In this document: positions 14,984 through 23,235 of the stretch, piece after piece
Numbering within the stretch: position 1 is the first letter of the stretch
How the letters are laid out: each line of letters starts with the position of its first letter
DNA from: a virus
Taxonomy: Duplodnaviria > Caudoviricetes
IMG/VR virus record: IMGVR_UViG_3300032218_001448
Location: 1 to 25,729 of that record
Strand: one strand, 5' to 3'
DNA length: 25,729 nt
Program-made: the position numbers and the translations under genes
The notes under the pieces: model-generated
The model's input: only the letters and a program-made list of their open reading frames with translations
Databases searched by the model: none
Told to the model about the DNA's origin: nothing

Positions 14984-15298
14984 ATGGCTATACAGAATTC
15001 AATATTAACAAGCTCCGTCGCTGCAAACGTATACGCTGCTACTGTTAACTCAGCAATAACAACGATTCATTTATGCAATTTTAGTACTGGTACAGTTTCT
15101 GTAAATGTATATGCTGTCACTGGATCTGGTGTAGTTGCTGGAACAAATAACATACTATATTCAAATCTCAGTATAACATCTTACAATACATATGTTATCT
15201 ATGCTGAAAAATTTATTTTAAATGCCGGAGATAGTATAAGAGCAAATGCGTCAGCTGGTTCATCAGTTAGTGCTGTCGTAAGTTCGATAGGAATTTAA
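14984..15298 (+). CDS. Small virion structural protein (104 aa)
   Basis: AGGA SD; beta-rich ITTIHLCN...EKFILNAGDSIRA pattern; in late operon. Confidence 0.7.
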   Translation: MAIQNSILTSSVAANVYAATVNSAITTIHLCNFSTGTVSVNVYAVTGSGVVAGTNNILYSNLSITSYNTYVIYAEKFILNAGDSIRANASAGSSVSAVVSSIGI

Positions 15299-15300
15299 TT

Positions 15301-15726
15301 ATGGGAAAATTGGTAAAAAATCCAGACATTGCACCAGGAACTCTCGGCGTAAGATTGCCAATTGCTACTACGTCACAGAGTGATTCGCCTGTTAATGGTG
15401 TTATTAGATTTAACTCTACAACTAGTAAAATTGAATTTTATTATAATAACGCATGGAATCAAGTAGCTAAAATCGGCTCAGTACAATTAGTAGTAGATGA
15501 CCTAGTAGGCGACGGTTCGCAGCAAAATTTTACAATGAGCCAAAGTGAATCAGACGCGACAGCGATAATTGTAACAATAGGTGGTGTATATCAGTTACCA
15601 ACTACCAGTTACACAGTGAGTGGCACTACCATAAGTTTTACCAGTGCACCACCTGCACCTAGCATGCCAAGTAGCCCAAATAGAATTAATATCATACATA
15701 ATATCAACAGCACTAATGCTGTGTGA
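15301..15726 (+). CDS. Virion structural protein (141 aa)
   Basis: LRLP..T....P.NG.IRFN....IEFY....W module followed by GDGS...F....IIVTIGGVYQ.P...YTVSGTTISFTSAPP module, both common in large-phage baseplate/fibre proteins. Confidence 0.72.
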   Translation: MGKLVKNPDIAPGTLGVRLPIATTSQSDSPVNGVIRFNSTTSKIEFYYNNAWNQVAKIGSVQLVVDDLVGDGSQQNFTMSQSESDATAIIVTIGGVYQLPTTSYTVSGTTISFTSAPPAPSMPSSPNRINIIHNINSTNAV

Positions 15727-15736
15727 CAGGTGAACA

Positions 15737-16504
15737 ATGGCAATCGGACGTATATCAGGACCGATGCTTTATGGCGATCTAGATCGCCAAGGCATTAATT
15801 TATCTTTTGACGGTACACTTCTCTATCTAGATGTAACTAATCGTAGAGTAGGTGTCAACACCACTAGTCCTGCTTATGCATTAGATATCAATAGTAACGT
15901 CAGATTAGCAAGTCTAGTAGTCAACGGTAACACAATCACTAGCCAACTTGGAAATATTGAATTATCTAGCACCGCAAACATCAGCGGTTATCTGATTGTT
16001 TCTAACACGACATCAAGCATAAGTTCTACAACTGGTGCACTAGTTATTAAAGGTGGCATGGGAATAACTGGTAACATCAATATCAGTGGCTCATCGGGCA
16101 ATGCGATTGTAACGACTGCGAACGTATATGTAGGCAATCTTTCTGCGACCCAAGACGTAGCTGTTTTAGGAAATGTAACAGCTAATTACATATATGCTAA
16201 GAATGCGATGATAGACAGAGGCTATGATCAATCAAATTGGGATCTACTAACTACAATGGGCACATATCTGGTAAATAGAGTTAGTTGGTCAGGAACATCC
16301 AATACTCCAACTGAAACTTTAAATTTCACTGGATTATTGGAAGTATTGAATACACAAGACTCAGCAGTAGTGCAGAACTATAGGCCGTATGATGCTAGTA
16401 CAGTTGACAATAACTACTGGACACGAACAAGATTCAACAATACTTGGACTAATTGGGTAGAAATAATCAATAGCTCTGGTAATATGGATGGTGGCAGCTA
16501 CTAA
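15737..16504 (+). CDS. Tail-fibre-like structural protein with C-terminal knob-like domain (255 aa)
   Basis: LYLDVTNRRVGVNTTSPAYALDI, one STTTGALV-type repeat, C-terminal GTY...GLLEV...VVQNY...YWTRT...WTNW resembling pyocin/tail-fibre knob; ends DGGSY. Confidence 0.7.
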   Translation: MAIGRISGPMLYGDLDRQGINLSFDGTLLYLDVTNRRVGVNTTSPAYALDINSNVRLASLVVNGNTITSQLGNIELSSTANISGYLIVSNTTSSISSTTGALVIKGGMGITGNINISGSSGNAIVTTANVYVGNLSATQDVAVLGNVTANYIYAKNAMIDRGYDQSNWDLLTTMGTYLVNRVSWSGTSNTPTETLNFTGLLEVLNTQDSAVVQNYRPYDASTVDNNYWTRTRFNNTWTNWVEIINSSGNMDGGSY

Positions 16505-16527
16505 AGTAGGATAACAAGGAATAAACG

Positions 16528-19209
16528 ATGGCAAATACGATTTTACTTAAACGCAATGCAGTAGCAGGCACAGCACCAGGTGCTGGATCAATAACAGCTG
16601 GTGAGCTTGCATATAATACCGCAGATGGTAGATTATATTCTAAACTAACTTCAGGTTCAATCACCGAACTGACCATCCAAGCGTATAGCACTGCTAACAT
16701 TACTGCTAATGCTACCAGAGGCAATGTAGGGTGGGATCTGACCAACACAGGTGTATCATCCGGGCAGTTTGGTAGTGGTTCGCAAATTCCTGTTGTAACA
16801 GTAGATATTAAAGGTCGGGTTACAAGTATTTCTACAACAGCAGTGACTATAGGTACTACTAATAATTCTAATGTTGCATATTATGCAAATATTATACCAG
16901 TTTCTACAAACCAGTCATATTATCTGACATTTGCAAACTCATCGACAGCTTCAAACTCGACTATCAATGTCAACTCAGGTATCACGTTTAATCCTGGAAC
17001 TAGTATATTAACAACCAGTGGTAACATAGTCACCAGTGGTAACTTTTTATCTACTGCAGCGACAAACATAACTGCAAATAACGGTGCATTTTCATACGGC
17101 ACCTTAAGTTATTCTGATAGTAATGTTCTGGCTTCGTTCTCGTCAAGTGTGAACGGCTATAATCAAATGATTTTGCAAAACGTCAATAACGGCGCTGCAG
17201 CATCAACCAACTTCAACGTATCAAACGATCGAGGCAACGCTACATATTATTACGGAGAGTTTGGTATGAACAGCAGCCAGTTCTCAGGGACTGGACCGTT
17301 CAGCTCGCCAAATAATGTGTATCTTGCCTCTGCTAGCAGTGATTTAGTAATAGGTACATATGCAAGCAATGCTATAAAATTCGTTGTGAACTCAGGTTCA
17401 AGCGAATCAGTAAAGATTGACACAAACGGTAATTTAGTTGCAGCATCAGGAACTATAAGCTCATCAGTATCAACTGGTGCACTGGTTGTAGTAGGTGGTG
17501 CAGGCGTAAGTGGCGCTCTGTATGCAGGATCTGTCTATGATAACGGTGTAAGAGTAGTAAGTACTTCGACCGGTGCTGGTAACTTATCAATTACTGCAGG
17601 CGGTATATCATTGCCTGCAACTGGCGGAGCAGGTACATTTGGTTCTGCCTCACAAGTGCCAGTTTTCACTACTGATGCTTACGGCCGCGTAACAGGCACA
17701 ACCAATACATCAATCAGTATCGGTGGCGGTCAAGTAAACGGTGGCACAGTTCCAACTGCTAACGCAGCTATATACGCACAAACTACTGCGTATACCACAC
17801 AAACTTTCTATCCTACATTCAGCAATATTGCTGGTGGCAATACAGCTCTTGGTGTAAACTCAGGTTTGACATTCAATGCCACTAGTGGTAACTTAACTTC
17901 GCCATCAGGTCTAGTAAGCACAACTCTTTGGGGTGCAGTCGCAGCTACCACGGCAAATGTAAGTGGTGTATCTATACTCAATGGCAACGTAGTTGCTGCA
18001 TCAGGTACAACTAGTAGTTCAACTACTACAGGTGCACTTGTTGTAGCTGGATCAGGCGGTTTAGGTGTAGGTGGTGCTATCTATTCTACCACTGCTAGAA
18101 TAACAAGCGCAACAGATTCTACTAGTATTTCTACTGGTGCACTAGTAATACAAAATGGTGGTTTAGGTGTGCAAGGCAATGTGTGGATTGGTGGAAATCT
18201 TTATGTTGGAAACATTGTAGCGACTACATATTCACAACTTCAAATAAACGATCCATTGTTATACTTGACAGCAAATACACCGCAGCCCTATATCTATGAT
18301 ATTGGTTTGTACAGTCAATTTGTAGGCGGATCTCAAAATACATACGGGCATACTGGAGTTGTCAGGCAGCAATCTGGTAATGCATGGGTATTCTTTAGTA
18401 ATGTACAATCTGAGCCATCGAATACGATAAACTGGGCAGACCCAGGGCTTATTTATGACGCAATTAAATCAGGCGACCATAATATTGCAAACACAACTGT
18501 CAGCACCAGTACAACTAGCGGTGCATTAACAGTAGCAGGTGGTACAGGTATTGCAGGTCGATTAAATGTAGGTGGAAATATTGTTGCTGCATCAGGCACA
18601 GCCAGTGTTAGCTCTACAACTGGTGCTTTAGTAATTTCTGGTTCTGGTGGATTAGGTGTAGGTGGTGTAATAACAGCAGGTGGTAACATAGTTGCTGCAA
18701 GCAGCACTGCTAGCACTAGTACAACAACAGGTGCACTAGTAGTCACGGGTGGTGTTGGTATCAGTGGTGCAATCTATAGTGGCACTACAATAACTGCAGC
18801 TGGAAATATTGTTGCTGCATCAGGCACAGCCAGTGTTAGCTCCACAACTGGTGCTTTAGTAATTTCTGGTTCTGGTGGATTGGGTGTGGGTGGTGTAATA
18901 ACAGCAGGTGGTAACATAGTTGCTGCAAGCGGCACTGTTAGTACAGGAACAACCTCAGGTGCACTAGTAGTCACGGGTGGTGTTGGTATCAGTGGTAGAT
19001 TGAATGTTGGTGGTAATATTGTCGCTGTCAGCACCACCTCAGCTATAAACTCCACCGACGGTGCGCTGGTAGTATTGGGGGCAATAGGTGTAGGTAGTAG
19101 CTTAGGTAGCGGCAATGCGATCGTAGTAAACAGTGCTACAAATATAGTTGATACTTTGAATAGTGTTTATCTTAAAGATTCAGTTACTATTGATGGTGGA
19201 ACATACTAG
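16528..19209 (+). CDS. Long tail-fibre-like protein with Mtd_N-like N-terminus (893 aa)
   Basis: MANTILLKR...P....TAGELAYNTADGRLY (major-tropism-determinant N-terminal-like); many S/T-TTTGALVVxGGxGV repeats; ends IDGGTY. Confidence 0.8.
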   Translation: MANTILLKRNAVAGTAPGAGSITAGELAYNTADGRLYSKLTSGSITELTIQAYSTANITANATRGNVGWDLTNTGVSSGQFGSGSQIPVVTVDIKGRVTSISTTAVTIGTTNNSNVAYYANIIPVSTNQSYYLTFANSSTASNSTINVNSGITFNPGTSILTTSGNIVTSGNFLSTAATNITANNGAFSYGTLSYSDSNVLASFSSSVNGYNQMILQNVNNGAAASTNFNVSNDRGNATYYYGEFGMNSSQFSGTGPFSSPNNVYLASASSDLVIGTYASNAIKFVVNSGSSESVKIDTNGNLVAASGTISSSVSTGALVVVGGAGVSGALYAGSVYDNGVRVVSTSTGAGNLSITAGGISLPATGGAGTFGSASQVPVFTTDAYGRVTGTTNTSISIGGGQVNGGTVPTANAAIYAQTTAYTTQTFYPTFSNIAGGNTALGVNSGLTFNATSGNLTSPSGLVSTTLWGAVAATTANVSGVSILNGNVVAASGTTSSSTTTGALVVAGSGGLGVGGAIYSTTARITSATDSTSISTGALVIQNGGLGVQGNVWIGGNLYVGNIVATTYSQLQINDPLLYLTANTPQPYIYDIGLYSQFVGGSQNTYGHTGVVRQQSGNAWVFFSNVQSEPSNTINWADPGLIYDAIKSGDHNIANTTVSTSTTSGALTVAGGTGIAGRLNVGGNIVAASGTASVSSTTGALVISGSGGLGVGGVITAGGNIVAASSTASTSTTTGALVVTGGVGISGAIYSGTTITAAGNIVAASGTASVSSTTGALVISGSGGLGVGGVITAGGNIVAASGTVSTGTTSGALVVTGGVGISGRLNVGGNIVAVSTTSAINSTDGALVVLGAIGVGSSLGSGNAIVVNSATNIVDTLNSVYLKDSVTIDGGTY
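17020..17436 (+). repeat. Fibre module A, copy 1 (copy 2 at 24397-24813)
   Basis: Colinear at constant offset 7377; e.g. GGCTTCGTTCTCGTCAA.TGTGAACGGCTATAATCAAATGATTTTGCAAAA shared. Confidence 0.9.
17755..17964 (+). repeat. Fibre module C, copy 1 (copy 2 at 21556-21759)
   Basis: First 41 nt identical (ACTGCTAACGCAGCTATATACGCACAAACTACTGCGTATAC); 2-codon indel later. Confidence 0.9.
18094..18579 (+). repeat. Fibre module B, copy 1 (copy 2 at 23809-24294)
   Basis: Colinear at constant offset 5715; 44-nt identity at 18283/23998. Confidence 0.9.
18574..18996 (+). repeat. Near-identical direct repeat, 228-nt period (18574-18768 and 18802-18996)
   Basis: About 11 mismatches over 195 nt by eye; encodes two pairs of GNIVAAS...TTGALV...G shaft repeats. 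Confidence 0.92.
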
Positions 19210-19284
19210 TAAATAGTAAATATTGTCGGAGATAATTTATCTCCGACAAGTCAGTTATTACTGACTAAGAGTTCCTTATTAGGA
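19208..19284 (+). promoter_or_regulatory. Tandem AGTAAATA late-promoter variants followed by three back-to-back hairpins, the last occluding the SD
   Basis: AGTAAATA at 19208-19215 and 19215-19222; TTGTCGGAGATA-ATT-TATCTCCGACAA 19223-19249; AGTCAGT-TATT-ACTGACT 19249-19266; TCCT-TATT-AGGA 19273-19284. Confidence 0.7.
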
Positions 19285-19290
19285 TGAAAA

Positions 19291-21258
19291 ATGGCAAATA
19301 CGTTATTATTAAAGAGATCTTCGGTCGCAGCAAAAGTGCCTGCACCTTCGAGTTTATCTTTTGGTGAACTTTCATTAAACTATAATGACGGTGTTCTGTA
19401 TTATAAGAACAGCAACGGGTTAGTTTTCCCGGCGAATGCGACCATTGCCAATGGTACAGTAAATGGCATACCTTATCTAACAAGTTCAAACACATTAGCT
19501 ACCAGTAGTTCACTTAAATATGACTCAGCCACTGGCAACATAGTAGTAAGCAGTGGTACAATCAGCACTAGCACAACCACTGGTGCAATAGTTATCACAG
19601 GTACAGGTGGATTAGGCGTTAGCGGTAGAATATCAGCTGCCAATGTGGTATCTAGCAGCGGCTATTTCTGGTCCAATGGTACAGCTTATAGCTCAGGCAC
19701 AGGCTCAGGTTTAGTATACACTGCAGCGACATCTCCGCCGTCTAGTCCTAACAAAGGCGATCAATGGTATAACACAACTACTAATATCCTTTATGAATAT
19801 ATCACTGATGGTACCAGCAATTTCTGGTTAGATATCGAAAGTCCAACATTTACCAGCAACACTTATTTCTATTCAAATGCACTGACACTAACAGGCAACT
19901 TGAATCTCAGCAGCACCAGTAATATCTATATTGGTGGTTATCAAGCTACCATGGGGCCTATTATATCAGCGTATGGCAATACAGCTACTACATTGTCATC
20001 AGGAACATGGACTAAGATTACGATTGACACAGTTGAATACGACAGTCATGGCGCGTTTGATAACACCACAAACTATAGATTTAGACCAAATATCGGTGGA
20101 TGGTATCAAGTAAATGGCAACTACAGTATATCTTCTTATGCTAATCAAAACTATTCTACTGGCCAGTTTGTTGCACTTTATAAAAACAGTTTAGAGTTTA
20201 AACGAAGTGCCAGAATACAATCAAATGTTTCTGGTGTGGGCACAAACGTATCCAGCTTGTGTTACTTCGATGGTGTAACAGACTATGTAGAAATGTGGGG
20301 ACTTCAAGGCACTGGCAGTTCTTATACTACAGAATCTGGTAGTGTATATGGCCCTATATTTAACTCAACATTTGTCAGACCAACCACTGTGAGTTATGTG
20401 CCGTCATGGTTATTGCTCGTGGGTGGCGGCGGCGGCGGCGGCCAGAACTGGGGCGGCGGCGGTGGTAGTGGCGGATATATTGAAGGTAACACTGCACTGG
20501 TCAAAGGCGCTACATACACCATAACAGTAGGTACTGGCGGCAATGGATATACAGCTGGCAGCCAAGGACAAGGATCTAATGGCAACCCAAGTAAAATAGT
20601 AGGACCAAAATACAGCATCAACGATGCACAAACACTGCAAGCCGACGGTGGCGGCGGCGGCGGTTATAACATCAACGCCAGTTCAGCTACCGCAGGTTCT
20701 AGCAGTGGTTCAGGCGGTGGCGCAGGTTATCCTGGATCCGGCTCTACAGTCAACGGCGGTGCCACCACTGGACTTTCGTATCCAGAATTTGCATTATTGA
20801 TTAACAACACTAACGGTGGTAGTTCTTCAACTAGCAATGGTGCTGGCGGTGGTGGAGGCGCAGGCGGCGCTGGCAGCAACGGCGCAGCTAGTCAACAAGG
20901 TGGTGCAGGTGGTGCTGGTAAACAAAGTTCTATTTCTGGTACAGCCACATACTATGCTGCAGGTGGCGGTGGTGGTGGCGGCGGTGTAGGACAAAGCAAC
21001 GGCGGCACAGGCAACACAGGTGGCAAAGGCGGCTATACTGCTGGACAAGCTGGCACAAACGGTGCAGGCGGTGGTGGCGGCATGGGTGGCGGCGGCGGCG
21101 CTACAAACTCAGGTGCAGGTGGCAATGGTTCTACTGGCAACGTGATCATCCGCGTAGCTACTTCTCGCGTGGGCACAGCCTCAGGTTCATATAGTTCATT
21201 TACTGTGGGCAGTGACACTATTTTCTATTGGACTGGCTCAGGGACATATATACCATAA
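19291..21258 (+). CDS. Modular tail-fibre/adhesin: Mtd_N-like, shaft repeat, C1q-like domain, glycine-rich domain (655 aa)
   Basis: MANTLLLKRSS...GELSLNYNDGVLYYK; PPSSPNKGDQWYNT module; WTKITIDTVEYD...FDNTTNYRFRP...GWYQV (C1q/TNF-like); LLVGGGGGGG...YYAAGGGGG...G.VIIR glycine-rich domain. Confidence 0.8.
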   Translation: MANTLLLKRSSVAAKVPAPSSLSFGELSLNYNDGVLYYKNSNGLVFPANATIANGTVNGIPYLTSSNTLATSSSLKYDSATGNIVVSSGTISTSTTTGAIVITGTGGLGVSGRISAANVVSSSGYFWSNGTAYSSGTGSGLVYTAATSPPSSPNKGDQWYNTTTNILYEYITDGTSNFWLDIESPTFTSNTYFYSNALTLTGNLNLSSTSNIYIGGYQATMGPIISAYGNTATTLSSGTWTKITIDTVEYDSHGAFDNTTNYRFRPNIGGWYQVNGNYSISSYANQNYSTGQFVALYKNSLEFKRSARIQSNVSGVGTNVSSLCYFDGVTDYVEMWGLQGTGSSYTTESGSVYGPIFNSTFVRPTTVSYVPSWLLLVGGGGGGGQNWGGGGGSGGYIEGNTALVKGATYTITVGTGGNGYTAGSQGQGSNGNPSKIVGPKYSINDAQTLQADGGGGGGYNINASSATAGSSSGSGGGAGYPGSGSTVNGGATTGLSYPEFALLINNTNGGSSSTSNGAGGGGGAGGAGSNGAASQQGGAGGAGKQSSISGTATYYAAGGGGGGGGVGQSNGGTGNTGGKGGYTAGQAGTNGAGGGGGMGGGGGATNSGAGGNGSTGNVIIRVATSRVGTASGSYSSFTVGSDTIFYWTGSGTYIP

Positions 21259-21267
21259 GGACACACA

Positions 21268-21954
21268 ATGGCATTTCCTATATCACCTTCTGACGGTCAA
21301 CTTGCAACAGTAAATGGCATAGCGTATAGCTACAATGCTGCTAATAATGCTTGGACTCGTTCCCAAGTCAATAACTTCATTATCCCTGGTAATCTAGTTG
21401 CAGCATCAGGAACTACTAGTACCAACACCACAACTGGTGCATTAGTCGTTACTGGTGGCGTAGGTGTAGGCGGCAACATATACATGGGCGGCACTGGTTT
21501 GTTCTGGGCCAATGGTGCTATCTATGCAGCTGGTACTACTCCTAATTATGTTGGTACTGCTAACGCAGCTATATACGCACAAACTACTGCGTATACTACG
21601 CAGACCTTCTACCCTGCTTTCAGTAACATAGCAGGTGGAAATACAGCTCTTGGTGTAAACTCAGGATTAACATTTAATGCTACCTCAGGTAATTTAACAT
21701 CAGTCGGACACGTAGGCACCCATTGGGGTGCAGTGGCTGCGACCACGGCAAATGTAAGCTCAGGCGCAGCCAGTACCAGCACAACAACAGGAGCACTCAT
21801 TGTAAACGGTGGCGTCGGTGTAGCAGCTAATTTAAATGTCGGCGGTAATGTCGCAACAAACAACTCTATCAAAATATCTAGTTTGACTACAACTAGTGCA
21901 GTTACCATGCAATATAACGTAAGTACAAGCAGTTTAGATTTTGTCTTTAGTTAA
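21268..21954 (+). CDS. Short fibre-like structural protein (228 aa)
   Basis: MAFP.SPSDGQ...NG..Y.Y......W N-terminal module, shaft repeats, module C, C-terminal QYNVSTSSLDFVFS. Confidence 0.75.
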   Translation: MAFPISPSDGQLATVNGIAYSYNAANNAWTRSQVNNFIIPGNLVAASGTTSTNTTTGALVVTGGVGVGGNIYMGGTGLFWANGAIYAAGTTPNYVGTANAAIYAQTTAYTTQTFYPAFSNIAGGNTALGVNSGLTFNATSGNLTSVGHVGTHWGAVAATTANVSSGAASTSTTTGALIVNGGVGVAANLNVGGNVATNNSIKISSLTTTSAVTMQYNVSTSSLDFVFS

Positions 21955-21956
21955 AC

Positions 21957-23204
21957 ATGACAACAAAAACAATATTCATCACAAATGTAGGATACAGTAC
22001 TTTCACAGTACCTTCAGATTTTATATCATTGGTTTCAGTAGAAGCTATCGGAGCTGGCGGAGCTGGTGCTGGAAGCAGCGTTGGCGCTGCTGGCGGCGGT
22101 GGTGGCGGAGGAGGTTCCTATGCTAAGTCTATTAGTGTTTCCGGACTTTCGCCAGGTTCCACTGCATATTGTTTAGTAGGCAGCGGTAACATTGCATTAA
22201 GTCCAGTGTTCCCCACATTCACCCTCTCACCAGGCATACCAATAGAGTTAAAACATACATGGTTTAACACATCGTCAAATGCTAAACCTTCTACTAGTTC
22301 AACTGGCGTCTTTGCTGCTGCAGGAAACTCAAGCTATTATAATAGCAATACTCTAACATTTTCTCCAGGTCTCGGTGGTGGGTATTGGACACCTTCCATA
22401 GGAACCACTACTTATTTTGGGGGCAATAACTCAATTACTAACGTAGGTTGGTCTGGCGGTGGCGGCGCAGCTGGTCCAGGTGGAAATGGTGGAGATACAC
22501 GCCTCACAACCAGCGGCGGCGGAGGAGGAGCTAGTCTAACGCATGCTGGGTATCCAGCAATTGATGCTAACGGCGGCAACGGCGGTGCAGGATATGGCGG
22601 TGCAATTGCTGGATATGATGCGTTTTTGTCAGGAAGCTCAGGAGCATTAAATGGATCAGGCGGCGGAGGGTGTGCTGCTGGCGTCAATGGTCTTCGCAAC
22701 ATGTATACTTCACCTGGCGCAGATGGATCTTATTGGACTGAAACAGGTACAAATAGACCTGCAGGATCAGGTGGCGGCGGTGGTAGTTGCATTAGTGGAG
22801 GTGGAAACTGGTATAACAATCACGGCGGTCTTTATGGCGGGGGTGCAGGAGGTAGTCCTCCACTAACTGGCCAAAACGCATCAGAGATTCAGAATCCATT
22901 GACAAGAGGATACGTGCTTGCATTGGATAAAACATCTTGGTACGGTGGCCAAGGTATAATAGTATTCACTTATATTTCAGCCACACCAACAGGCACATTA
23001 CATAGACTTTATAGCACTGGAAATCTCAACACAGTATCGTTATTAGATGAGACTATTACTTCATCAAACGTTCAATTTTCTGCTGATAGCATCAACGGTA
23101 TATTAGACGAAGTAATATATAGTGATGCAAATAATCCTCAGATGAAATTAGGAAACAACAGAACTATCTACGTTAAAAACATTTTTGACGAGATAGGACT
23201 ATAA
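21957..23204 (+). CDS. Glycine-rich virion/adhesin protein (415 aa)
   Basis: FTVP......VEAIGAGGAG...GGGGGGSYAK...GGQGIIVFTY glycine-rich domain; C-terminal LDE/FDE repeats. Confidence 0.75.
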   Translation: MTTKTIFITNVGYSTFTVPSDFISLVSVEAIGAGGAGAGSSVGAAGGGGGGGGSYAKSISVSGLSPGSTAYCLVGSGNIALSPVFPTFTLSPGIPIELKHTWFNTSSNAKPSTSSTGVFAAAGNSSYYNSNTLTFSPGLGGGYWTPSIGTTTYFGGNNSITNVGWSGGGGAAGPGGNGGDTRLTTSGGGGGASLTHAGYPAIDANGGNGGAGYGGAIAGYDAFLSGSSGALNGSGGGGCAAGVNGLRNMYTSPGADGSYWTETGTNRPAGSGGGGGSCISGGGNWYNNHGGLYGGGAGGSPPLTGQNASEIQNPLTRGYVLALDKTSWYGGQGIIVFTYISATPTGTLHRLYSTGNLNTVSLLDETITSSNVQFSADSINGILDEVIYSDANNPQMKLGNNRTIYVKNIFDEIGL

Positions 23205-23235
23205 GTAAAATAATATATAATAAAGATTAAACATT

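Noticed and set aside
16528-21258. Diversity-generating retroelement suggested by Mtd_N-like domains and repeated segments
   Set aside because: No reverse transcriptase in window; repeat copies are all coding and differ at synonymous positions of all bases, not adenine-specifically.
20420-22860. GGC/GGT-rich runs as microsatellites or G-quadruplex elements
   Set aside because: Fully explained by polyglycine codons.
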